Assembly: GCA_001179505.1 (NCBI GenBank)
Contig: CDMY01000402.1
Span: 1 to 64,000, forward strand
Direction of reading: 5' to 3'
Source of the DNA: Vitrella brassicaformis CCMP3155
Taxonomy: Eukaryota > Protista > Chromerida
DNA: 64,000 nucleotides
Of the stretch, positions 1 to 10,644 are shown in pieces; the stretch's first letter is position 1; each line of letters opens with the position of its first letter. The notes under the pieces are model-generated. The model worked only from the letters and a program-made list of their open reading frames with translations, was not told where the DNA came from and did no database searches. The position numbers and the translations under genes are program-made.

Positions 1-1591
1 GCGTGTGGCCTGCTCCATGGCGGCGTTGAGGTCGCGGTGAGCCTCCTCCAGCCCCCTGAGTACACAAGCAAAGAGCAAGGGAAGGATGACGCCACGTCAG
101 CTTGCGTGAGTGCATTGTTGTGGGAGCTAACCAGAGCTCGTATTTGACCTCCATGAGCTCCTTCTGGTGCTCTCGGCGGGCTGTCGTCAGCTCACTGCGG
201 GCGGCCTCCAGCTCCCTGATGAAATGAAACACACAGCGATGACCGTGCGCACCCAGGGCCCGTTGAACAATATGTGTCTGCGTTGCCTACTGGTGCAGTG
301 CGCTCTCGTCTTGGAGCCTGGCGAGCTGGTCTTTCACCTTGTTGAGCTCGGTCCTGCAACACAGCACACCACAGCAAGAGATGGGTGACTCCGCTTCGAC
401 CAAATGGGACAGGGGGAGAGTGCTCCTGGGTGGAGGATTCTCTCACGTACTCACTGACAGACATGAGGAGGGAACACAACACACACAGAAGGACACAAAT
501 GACGGACATTTCTCTCTGTCTGCATTTGTATCCAATTGGCTTACAGCAAGGTGGCGCACAGCTGGCTATCGGCCTCTTGGTCCTCGTGTTCGTGCTCGTA
601 GGCCACCAGAAGCCGCCGCAGTCCCTCGACTCGGCTCTCGCACACAGCCGTCTTGCCCCTCGCCCTCCGCAGCTCCTTGCGCAGCCTCGTGTTGGCGACT
701 CGCAGGTGCTGCCGCTGCCGGGCTTGGTACGCCCCCCAGTCGTACCCTGCCCAGTCATCCTCCTCATCGTCGCCCTCGTCGGGCCGCTGCCACTCGCCGG
801 CGCCCTCATGCTGCCCGCTAGGCCCTCTCTCCCGGCTGCTTGTCCCACCATCCGTCGTGCTGCTGCCCGTCATCACTGGGTGTGAGGGGGGGTGGGGGAG
901 GGGCGGGACCATCGTTCGACGCCCCAGCAGACAGTGGCGATGATGGGTGCGGCGCCGATGCAGTGGCGCCGTCTGCCGTGGGAGCGGCTGGGGCGCTCGT
1001 GTGAGAGTGCGGCAGGGGGTGCGGGTGCCTCGTGCACGTGGGTCTGGGCCCCATGTTGGGCAACCATGTGCCTGAGCATCTGCCACCCCTCGTCAGTCAG
1101 GCCCGCCATCTGCTGCATGAGCTGTGTTTGGGGCGGATGGGTGTAGACGGCCTCTGCTGCTGCTGGGTGGTGCGTTGGGGAGGGGAGGGAAGGGGGAAGG
1201 GGCAAGGCGTCAGAGGCGGATGCGGGTGCCATAGCGGCAAGAGGGGTCGAGTCATCATGTGAGGGTCCAGGATGGGACGGCATGACGGGGAATGTGCCCA
1301 GAAACTGACACACATCGACAGGAGAACACATGAGAGGTGATTCCACTGTCTGAAATGAAAGAATTCTGCCTGCTGTGTTCCGTTGCGCACCTCCCGGTCT
1401 TCATCTTGCTCGTCGGTCCTGATTGCTGGCGCAGGTGCTGGCACTGGGTGCTGATCTCCACTGCGGCAGCGGTGCACCATTGCAAATTGCATCATTGTGT
1501 GCTGGGCGGCGTCTGCTTCATTCAGGCTTGCATTGTCGTCACTGTCATGGCGTTGAAAGCGCCTGGACGGCTCCTCGGCGTGGTTCTTCAT
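1..1591 (-). CDS. Unknown coiled-coil protein, paralogue A (multi-exon, 3' end runs off the window)
   Basis: Exons MKNHAEEPSRR..., ...EWQRPDEGDDEEDDWAGYDWGAYQARQRQHLRVANTRLRKELRRAR...SQLCATLL (GTAAG donor), TELNKVKDQLARLQDESALHQ, ELEAARSELTTA. Bases 1-~660 are the reverse complement of ~45625-46295 with few differences. Confidence 0.55.
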
Positions 1592-1780
1592 CTGGTCTCA
1601 CTTTCTCCGTCGCCGTTTTTGCCTAAGGGTAAGCGTGTAACACACTGATAGCCGGCCTCAGACCTCTCGCCAAAATCACCGTAAACGGACGACGAAATGA
1701 GGTGACAGAGGCAAGGGAGCGTTGCAAAATGGTTTTGAGTGACAGTTTGATCCATGACAGATTCCATGTAAGATTACTCG

Positions 1781-2915
1781 CCTGGAGGCCGAGTGCGTTT
1801 GCGGTGTGGTGTGTTCGCTCGTGTGTGTCTCACTTGTGAAACTATCGCGGTGTCTAGCGGTCTGTGTGAGACGGTATGTGCCTCAGCGCACATCACACAT
1901 CCACATGAAGGCATGATGAAGCTGCCCGCTCCTTTCATACAAACACACTGGCCGTGTCACTCTCACATGTTCGTTCCGTTCTGCCTGTCCACACAGCGGC
2001 CCGTTCCCATCCATCCATCTTTGCATACTGTCGACGGGTTTCACTTGACACATACATGCATGTCTCTGTCCGTTCGTGTTAGTTCATCTGTAGTCAGTGA
2101 GGTCATCGCTTCAGTGTCCGAGTGCTGGCCCGACGTGAGGTCTGGCTGGCTTGGGCGGCCTGGCCCTCTTGGCTGGGAAGCGTCGTCGTCGTCTCTCTGC
2201 CGCTGACACCTCGAGGGGCACTGGGAGAGGCGCAGCCTGTGCCTGAATACACATGCGCGCACATACAAACATCAATCGATGGGAGACACCTTTGTGTGTG
2301 TGTGTGTGCTCTGCTTACTTGGAGCTTCCGGCAGTACTCTTGGCAAGAAGAGCCGTGGTAGAGATGCCTGGGCTTCTCCTTGCTCTTGCGGAGCAGCATG
2401 CCGCCAGCCGTGATGCACTTGCAGTCTACACACACGTAAAGATACATGGACCAACCCATTCGATCACATGGCATGAGGTTCGCGTACCGCATGGCTTGGG
2501 GAGTCGGTCGACTGGCGGTAGTTTCCCGAAGTCAGCGATGCTCTTGCCCGGCACAGGGAAGTCAGGCAGACGAGGCTCGGGACCTGACCAATCAATCAAT
2601 AAACAAATTGCACATACATGGATAGACGCACGAATGTGCGCTGAGTGCATGGGCCACATGTGTACTGACCGAGGACGAACGGCGAGGGGGCGGGCGTCGC
2701 CACTGCACACGCACGCACGCACAGAGACAGGCAGGAGGGAGACATGACATACACACTCATCTGTTTATGTCTCTCTGCGTGCTGTTGCCGTCGAAGAGGT
2801 CGGTGGGTGTGGCGAAGTCGGGGTCTTTGGGTGGGCATTTCTTGGGGAACGGATGCGCGTCGTCATAGATCGAGTACTGCGGCGGGATGAGGTTCGTGTT
2901 GACAAACATCGAAAA
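1781..2915 (-). pseudogene. Truncated duplicate of the 3' exons, introns and 3' flank of the secreted Cys-rich gene at 12.6-15 kb
   Basis: Direct copy of ~12280-13448. Identity stops abruptly mid-exon after gacaaacatcgaaaa (2915 vs 13448). One donor has changed GT to GC (GACG|GCAACAG) and there is no 5' end. Confidence 0.8.
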
Positions 2916-2954
2916 CATAAGTCACACACAAATTTCGTTCCGTTCTGCCTGTCC
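1970..2954 (+). repeat. 21-bp perfect direct repeat TTCGTTCCGTTCTGCCTGTCC at 1970-1990 and 2934-2954
   Basis: Read directly from the sequence. The second copy lies 19 bp beyond the duplication breakpoint. Confidence 0.9.
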
Positions 2955-2959
2955 CGATG

Positions 2960-3954
2960 GAGTCCGTCCATCTTTATTGGCGCCACGTACTTGAGTATAA
3001 AATGTACGCAGAGATGAAAAGTGGCCGATTGGCCATCTGCTTAGGAGCAATCAACACACACAGCAACACACATTGGTGGGAGGGTGCGTGGAACTCATCC
3101 CTGTGCCTGTGTCGTCCACCTGTAGCGCCGTCATTAGCTTCGTTCCATCGGGCGGCACCATCGATGGTGACCCTGTCCATGCGAGACGCACACACACACA
3201 CGCACAGAACGAGAACAGTGTGCTGTCTAGTCTGCCCTGTCTCGTGTCTGATCATCATGAGGCATCATCCTTACCAGAGAAGACCGGCAGTCTCTGATGG
3301 TGATGTCGCAACCGGTTAGCCGAGAGAGCAGCGAGTAGAGGTCCGGGTCGAGCAGCTTGACGACATCAATTGCGCGTGCCTTGGAGAGTTCCGTCTCGGC
3401 TGCCTCCTGAACGATCCTATTACCAAACACACACTCATCGATGGCTTCCTATTTGGAGGAATGACAGCGTGCCAATTCATTCCCCTTCGGGGTAGGGCCA
3501 CCTTCCTTTGAATGGTGATGTGGATGTTCTAGAAGTGCTGCAGGGAGCTGGCGCCTCTTCCGGGTCGGCCCTGTTGAACCCGCTGTGGGATGACGTCGGG
3601 GTAGCTCCGACGATTTCTGATCAGCGCCTTGGTCTTGTCGGCTGAGGGGGGCGACATGGTCCCTCAGTCAGGTTGATGACGGCAGTCCTCGATTGAGTCG
3701 GTTGTGGTGGGGGCACACAGGACTTGCCGACCCGTTTGGGACCACGTCGGGATCGCTCAGAAAGAAAAGCGGTGTGGGAGTCTTGGAAGAATCCGGAAAA
3801 TATAAAATGTAGGCAGCAATCGAAGTGTGTCTCTGTAACTGACCAAGACAGACACACATCACTTGGCTCGTGCCTCATCAGAGGCTTATGTCTTACCCGA
3901 GCTGTTGAAACAGCGGCCTCGCTGTCGATTCTGCTCCGCGTGCGATGCCGCCTG
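2960..3954 (-). pseudogene. Decayed exon chain continuing from paralogue B
   Basis: Splice phases link QAASHAEQNRQRG..., TETHFDCCLHFIF..., KTAVINLTEG..., IVQEAAETELSKARAIDVVKLLDPDLYSLLSRL. The chain follows the TAG at 3955 and contains a TGA at 3621. Confidence 0.35.
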
Positions 3955-5960
3955 CTACGCACCCTGCGTCCTCCTGAGGAAGATACAAGACGCAGAATGC
4001 AGTGTCTGTGTCTTTTATCTTTCTATCTGTCTGTGCTTCGGTAGGTAGTCGATACGTGCCGCTGGCTCTGGGATGGGTGCGTCGAGCAAAGAATGTATGT
4101 TCACATGAATACATGCCGCTTGTGCAGTGTTGCCTCGACTGACCGTTCCTCCTCGAGATCTGCGCGGGCGTCCTGCAGCCTGCGCCGCATCGTGCGGGCC
4201 TCCGCACCAGCCGCCTCGAGGTCCCTGTCGTATCGCTCCCTCGCCGCACTCAGCTCCTGTGTCACAGACACACATATCCGTGTGTGGGGTGGAGTCCGTG
4301 TCATGTCAGACTCACCTCCTCTGCGCGCTTGAGCAGATCCTCCAGGGAATCCACTTCACTCTGGTCGGTCGGACACACACAGAGCAGAGGTGCACGCTCA
4401 ACCCATCCATCCATCATCTCATACCTCCTTCTCCTGCTCTAGCCGAATGGTGACAGCCTGGAGGTTCCTCGCAGCCTCCTCACTGAGACCACAATCGACA
4501 ACACACATGGACCACTTGCCTCCCCTCGTCCGTGTCTGTGCCTACCGATCATTCCTCTCGCGCGCTTTGTGGGCAGCCAGCTCACTCCTGCATGACAGCA
4601 CACCACAGCAGCAGGTGAATGGCTCGGTCTTGACCAAGTGAGACAGTCAGTGTTTGCGAATCGGTGGGAAATTCTCTCACGTACTCGCTGACGACAGGAA
4701 AGAACACACCAGACCCACATACAGATACAAGTGAGTGACACATGGGTGGACCTATCCGTCATGCGTTCCTTACAGGAAAGCGGTGTAGTGCAGCGAGTCT
4801 TGCTCGCTGTCCTCGCGCTCCTCCTCGCGCTCCTGCTCGTGCGCCTTGACGAGCAGAAGCGCGCTACTCAGGTCCTCCCGCAGCCTCTTGCTGGCCTTCT
4901 GTTCCTCGTCGATTTTCTTCTCGGCCGCCTTCAGCCTCTCCTTGGCCTCCCATGCGTTCCAATCGTAGCTGGCCCAGTCGTCCTCGTCGTTGGTATAGCC
5001 CTCGTCGGGCCGTCTCCAGCCGTCGGCCTGCGGGGGGCTGGAGAGATGACAGATGAGATGGACAGATGAGATGGACAGATGAGATGGACAGATGGAATGG
5101 ACAGAGTTTATCGCTTTGTGTGTGTGTGTGGGAGGGGGGGTTGGCACCTTTTCGAGTTCTTTCTCGTTAAGCTGGTTCCTGTGCTGGCTCTCGAGGGCCT
5201 CCTTGTCCAACGTCAGCCGCCGAAGGCTCTCCTCCCACTGCTGCGCCTCGGTGGCCTCGAGCTGCCGCTCCATCTTGTTGGGTTTGGTGTGCTTGGGGGC
5301 TGATGGAGGTGCCAGTGGCTGTGAGGGGCTCTGATGTGGGGGGCTCTGGTGTGGGGGGATTGATGTGGTGGTGGGCTCGGGGAGGGAGCCGACGACAGCG
5401 AGGACGGATTTGTTCTCCACTGGGCCGGGACTTGACGCCTCAGTGCATAAATACATAAGATGCGACAAACAGACAGACACATCATATCATTATGTATCGA
5501 ATTGTGGGCTCAGTTCAGTTCACTTACTCGTCCTCCTTGCGATTCCGCCTTCATCATGACGTCCACCTGGCCTTGCAGTGACCTAGTACTACTACCTCCC
5601 CTCTAACAGCCGCTGAACACACACAACACAAACAGACAGCACCGGACCGACCGGACGGACATATATCACACACATCGGACACACACACGTCGACACGTAC
5701 ATCGGTGTGTGTATCGTATCTATCGATCGATATATACACATACATATGGATATGTGGCAAATTGTGGTGGGCCTGCCTGGCCTCCCTTCTGTATGTTCTC
5801 ACTCATCGGCTGGCTGTGTGTCTTCCAGTGGCAGGATGGTGTTGAGCTGCTGCTGCTCGACGACCGTGCGCAGCTTGGCCTCGTACAATTAAGGCCACCA
5901 GCTCCTTCTGCCGATGCTCCAACGCTCGCACCGATGTCTCGCAGCCCGTCTGGGAACCGG
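3955..5960 (-). pseudogene. Unknown coiled-coil protein, diverged paralogue B (probable 4-bp frameshift near its 5' end)
   Basis: Exon ADGWRRPDEGYTNDEDDWASYDWNAWEAKERL...YTAFL aligns with paralogue A and has the same phase-2 GTAAG donor. Following exons: SELAAHKARERND, EEAARNLQAVTIRLEQEKE, SEVDSLEDLLKRAEE, ELSAARERYDRDLEAAG. An extra TTAA at 5889-5892 breaks KELVA-LYEAKLRT. Confidence 0.5.
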
Positions 5961-6159
5961 TTGGAAGTGTGTGTGTATTCGGCTGGGAAACAAGCTTGGA
6001 AAAAAGGGAAAACCATGAGAAAAAGGCGGCGAAACGTGGTGAAAAGCGTCCCGTCTCGAGTTGTCGAGAAACTCGCCCGCCGCCCCCAGGAATATATTAG
6101 CTCGCACCAGAGGAGAGAGAAAAGGAGGACGCTCACCAGTGCACCGTCGCACAGTAGCC

Positions 6160-7556
6160 ATGTCTGACTTCAAGAAGTCGTCAGAAGCGCTTGCAGCGTT
6201 GAAACAGACGTGCGAGCGATTGGTTTCTGTCGAAGGGAGCTGCTCACGGGATGATCTGGCTGAGTTCGAGGCATGTGTGGACAGCTCAGCCAAGTTGGAG
6301 GTGCAGATGCAGAAGTTCCGCAAAAAAATCGCGGAGAAAGACCCCGACAAGAAGGTGCATCATACACACGACAAAATGCAATCAGTGGACAGTGCGTTTC
6401 TCTCTGTCAGACGTATGGTCCCGCAATGCAGCAGAAGATAGAGGCGCTGCTGGAGGAGTTTGATGGATTTCTGGAGGTTTTCGCCGAGCAGATCCAGCCA
6501 AGATTTGAGCACCAGCTCAAGCGGCTTCGACAGCAGGAGGCGTCAGAGGCCGCCAAAGCGGCTGAGGCGTCCAAGGAGCAGGAGCAAGCAGCCATTCGGC
6601 AGCAGCTTGCGGACACAGAAAAGGAGGAGCAGGAGCGGCTGGCCAAGAAGCAGCAGCGAGATCTGGAGGCCAAGCAGAGAGAAGACGACAACCTCTCGCG
6701 TGAGAGGAGGCTGCAAGAGGAGGAGCTGGAGAGAGAGGCGGCGCGCCAGAAGCTGCTGCTCGACATGGCCGACACACAGCGGGCTTTGGAGAGCCAGCCG
6801 TACCATCTCATCGTCCTTGAAGGGCTGACAAAGATGGGCAGCGGCCTGCCCCTTTCGGCCATGCGGCAGACAGTGGATGCTCTGTGCGAGCTGATCGGCG
6901 GCATCAGCCAGACCCCTGATGTGCTCGCCATGAGGGTGCTCAGATTGCAGGTGAGCGCGCCGGAGGGAAAGCGCATGCACGAATGGACTCCGATTGTATA
7001 TTTGTGCATCTCCGCTTGTTGGTTGTCAGAACCAGCAGTTCCAGAGCTCCATTGGCAGCCGCCCCGGCTCTCTGCAGATCCTACAAGCAGTGGGCTTCAG
7101 GTACTACGAATGGGATGCCTGGGCAAGAAGGCATTCGTGAAGGCATTGATGGGTGGGCGGATGGCTGACTATGGTTGTGATTCAGGCTCAAGACGGCGGA
7201 CGAGATCAGACCATTGCTGGGCCAGCTGAAGCAGGAGGGCACCGTTGACCCGATGGAGCTCTACCTCGTTATGCAAGAGCCCAACATCGTCGAGCAATAC
7301 GACACATGGCAGAAGTGGTAGTACCATACGAATGATCCTCACGGAGCCAGGCGATGGTTGGCGTGTGGTTGTATGTATATGTGTGTGTAGGATGGATGGT
7401 CTTTCGCGAGTGCGAGACTACCTTCTGGCGTTGAAGCAGCAGCTGACGCGGATGGCCCTGCCCTCATCTGGCCAGGAGGGCGCCAGTGGCAGTGCCGCGA
7501 TCAGCCGCGATGAGCTGCAGGACCTGTGGGACAGATGCGCAGATAGAAATAAGTGA
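6160..7556 (+). CDS. PUB (PUG) domain protein with a central coiled coil, possible p97/Cdc48 cofactor; 5 exons
   Basis: Spliced product contains ...DVLAMRVLRLQ-NQQFQSSIGSRPGSLQILQAVGFR...ELYLVMQEP, matching the PUB pattern (N..F...I....G...L...GF...L...EP). An E/Q/K/R-rich helical region precedes it. Confidence 0.7.
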
Positions 7557-7834
7557 AGGCGCTTGTGTGCGGGTTTGTCATAGCTCTGTCGGCTGACTGC
7601 GTGGGCGTTGGTGCGTGCATCTATGTTGGCTGCATCGAACGGACAGCTCTTTATGTGAATATGTCACTGCAGGTGGGACAGATGCACAGTCATTTCCACG
7701 TGTAAATGGGTAGGGAGGTACACAACAAACAGGTCTGTCGATCGGTCGACAAATAGTCGAATGAGCGCATGAACACACGCACACCATCACCACCGTCACC
7801 AGGCCATGCAGCCCATAGCTATACACAGACTGCA

Positions 7835-9487
7835 TCAGCCCTTCTTGTCAGTCCGCATCTGCCTCTCGCGCCCTTGCACCTCCATAAGCATATCATCATC
7901 TCGCACACGCAGCCGCACCAGCGCACCAGCCACCATCTGCAGCTCCCGCCCACCCATCGAACCAAGCCGCCCCTTAACAGCCTCCTTAACCCTCGCGATG
8001 CTCCGCTCCGACACACACCCCTCCACATTCGCCAAAGCGGAGAGCAGCCGACACAGCTGGCGGTTCGACAACTTCCCCTCTCTCCCCTCGATATGCTGCA
8101 CCAGCTCAGCGAACAGATGGTGGTCTCTCAGTCCCTTCCTGACCCTTGACAGCCCCCATAGCGTGTCCACCAGTGCCTGGATGTCGAGCCACTTCAGTTG
8201 CAGACGGACAGACCGGTTCAGCAGTGCAAAGAGCTGGTTCTCGGTGTCTTGATCGAGTGACATGGCTTCCACATTCGCATATACCAAGACCATCTGGCTC
8301 ACATCGGGCGCTTCAAAGTGACGGAACAGCTGGGGCGATCCACACAGGAATACAGACAGCTGGCGAAAGAAAGGATGGTCGAAAGGCACCATTTTGGAGA
8401 ACGTCCAGACGGCGTTGCAAAGCCCCCGGCAGTCAAGCCGCCCAAAGTCTCGACGGATGCAGTCTGCCAGGCGGTCGGCGAACCCTTGAGGAAGGTTCTT
8501 CGGGTGAGCACCACAGCTGTAAGCCACCATGACCCGCGACAGGTCCTTGACAGACATGTCGGCCATTTCCCTCTCCATGACTGCATCGGCGACCTCTTTG
8601 AAGATGACATGGTCCCTCTTCCCCAGCCTCGATAGCGCAAACACAGCCGTGCTGAGCGTGTGGAAGTCCGCACCAGATGCCCTGCCTCTCAGCCGAGCCA
8701 CAAGGACGTCGATAAATGCGGTATTGTGTACATGCTGAGAGGGCAGAGCCGCGTAGATGGCTAACAGCTGGGCGATGGATCGCGGCTCACATCCCTCCCA
8801 GAAAGATGCTGGCGCTTCAGCCATCCACCTGGCCGAGTCCGTGAACACGTCAGTCAATGGCCTGGGCAGCTTCGAGAGGGACCACAGGAGTGTCGTCAGC
8901 TGTCGGGGCGTCAGCTTGTGCAGCCGCCTTCTCACAGCATCTGCCACCCGATCGACCAGCTGCAAAGGAAAGAACAGAAGAGAGATGGACACATCCACCG
9001 ATACCAATCCACCTCCCATCACCTGACTGACCTGCGCTTCGAGATGGCCGCCCAGTCCACCCTCTGTGAGCAGCTTGGCCACGGCCCACACAGCACCCGA
9101 GAAAGCGGCCGGCGTGAGGGCGTCATCTTGCTCGATGGACGAGTGCAAGTCAGCCACCAAGGCGGCCAAGACCCGATGGCCTTCAAGCGCCCTCACCATC
9201 CATGATCTCTGGTTCCGTCCGTCGGCCCTGTCGACACATCTGGCGATGTGGTAGAGGCCGTAGGCACGGCTGAGGCTGTCACATTCCGCCATGTGGTCCT
9301 CAATGAACTGCAGCAGCCGGTGACAGTCGCCGGCCATTGCAGAGATGGCATCGGTCATGGTTGCAGTGCCGGCAATAGCAGCATTGCTGCCGTTGCTGAC
9401 GGGTGAGGGCCGTGCTGGTGTGCAGAAGTGATGGCGGGACAGCCGCGCAGCCTGCCGACGAGCTGAGGCCAGGAGATGCTGACTCAT
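7835..9487 (-). CDS. Helical-repeat RNA-binding protein of the HPR/OPR/FASTK type, probably organellar
   Basis: Repeats of ~37 aa with the typical signature: LTPRQLTTLLWSLSKL, FHTLSTAVFALSRLG, LCNAVWTFSKM, LVDTLWGLSRV. The N-terminus is Arg-rich and acid-free (MSQHLLASARRQAARLSRHHF). One probable intron at ~8962-9025. Confidence 0.75.
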   Translation of the reverse strand: MSQHLLASARRQAARLSRHHFCTPARPSPVSNGSNAAIAGTATMTDAISAMAGDCHRLLQFIEDHMAECDSLSRAYGLYHIARCVDRADGRNQRSWMVRALEGHRVLAALVADLHSSIEQDDALTPAAFSGAVWAVAKLLTEGGLGGHLEAQVSQVMGGGLVSVDVSISLLFFPLQLVDRVADAVRRRLHKLTPRQLTTLLWSLSKLPRPLTDVFTDSARWMAEAPASFWEGCEPRSIAQLLAIYAALPSQHVHNTAFIDVLVARLRGRASGADFHTLSTAVFALSRLGKRDHVIFKEVADAVMEREMADMSVKDLSRVMVAYSCGAHPKNLPQGFADRLADCIRRDFGRLDCRGLCNAVWTFSKMVPFDHPFFRQLSVFLCGSPQLFRHFEAPDVSQMVLVYANVEAMSLDQDTENQLFALLNRSVRLQLKWLDIQALVDTLWGLSRVRKGLRDHHLFAELVQHIEGREGKLSNRQLCRLLSALANVEGCVSERSIARVKEAVKGRLGSMGGRELQMVAGALVRLRVRDDDMLMEVQGRERQMRTDKKG

Positions 9488-9645
9488 CTCCCTGGAAACA
9501 AGAGGGAGCTCGGGATGGCACTCAGTTGGTCAGTGAGCACCATCTCATTGATCTCCTTCCGTCTCCTCCCTCCCCTCCTCACCCGTGCGAGCTCGAATGC
9601 GAAGAGGAGAAAGAACTTGAAGAGAAGACTTGAAGAAAAGAAAGA

Positions 9646-10644
9646 ATGTCTGCGACAGGTACGCCAGAGGGGGCAAGGGAGAGAGGAAGGAGGAATGATG
9701 TGTGGGTGGCTGCGTGGGGAGGGATCATGAGTGCCGGATGGCCTCTTCTCACCTCTTTCCTGCCTGTCTGTGTGCGTGTGTGTTCTGTGTCAGGTGCGGT
9801 TGTCCCCGGGCCCCTCCCCGAGCCGCCCAGGTATGCCCCCCCGGACGAGCAGCAGTGGGTGCCGGCGGCCCTCAGGACCAAGCTGCCCCCCAAGACCGTG
9901 CCGCGGGAGACAACCCGGGCGCGTTACCAACAGTTGCTGAAGGACAAGGAGGTCAAAATGTACGAGGATGCCCTCGCAGAGGCACTCCGGCGTGAGCGGC
10001 TGGCTGCCACCGGCGTCACGCCAGACGCCATGAATTTTCGCATCAAATGCGACACACGAGTGGGTGGCAGAGGGCGACTGGGGGGGAAGAGAGGCAGGCG
10101 GTCATCCCATCATGGTTGGCATGGTTGTGTCTGGCTGGCGTGTGTGCGGTGTGCAGTTTGGTCAGAACTTGTATTTGGTCGGTTCGGTGGAGCCCCTGGG
10201 GCTATGGGATCCGAGCCGTGCGGTCAAGATGACCTGGAATGAGGGCAACATGTGGACCTGCACCGTCAACCTGCCCGTCTGTAAGCACCAAGCACACCAG
10301 CACAGAGAGAGAGACAGACAAACCAACTCACGCACGACGCAACCTTTTTTTGCGAATGTGTGTGTACGTTTCTCCCTCCCTCCCTCCCTCCCTCCGTCAA
10401 TCGATCAATCGATCAGCGATCGGCGAGGTGGAGTACAAGTACATCGTGCGGCAGGACAACATGGTGGACTGGGAACACGGCCACAACCACAAGGTGAGTC
10501 AGTGGGTGGACCCACACACAGCACAGCACATTAGCCACTGACACGTCGTGTGTTGTTGGTGTCTGTGTATGTGTATGTGTGTAGCTCAACTCGGTGCAGG
10601 GCGGCGTGACGGTGGAGGACGCCTGGGGGCAGGGGCGGGGCTAG
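9646..10644 (+). CDS. CBM20 starch-binding domain protein without a catalytic domain
   Basis: Spliced FRIKCDTR-...FGQNLYLVGSVEPLGLWDPSRAVKMTWNEGNMWTCTVNLP-IGEVEYKYIVRQDNMVDWEHGHNHK...VEDAWG is a canonical CBM20 pattern. Confidence 0.8.

Noticed and set aside
2990-3030. HMG-box-like RPLxxSAYILY
   Set aside because: Spacing differs from KRPxSAY and no downstream HMG helices follow.
3100-3660. hAT-like transposase reading (LLDP.LYSLLSRLTG..TI.D, ...SAYIL)
   Set aside because: It needs several frameshifts, no TRW/DDE motif is intact, and a different frame fits the splice phases better. Not called without an HMM hit.
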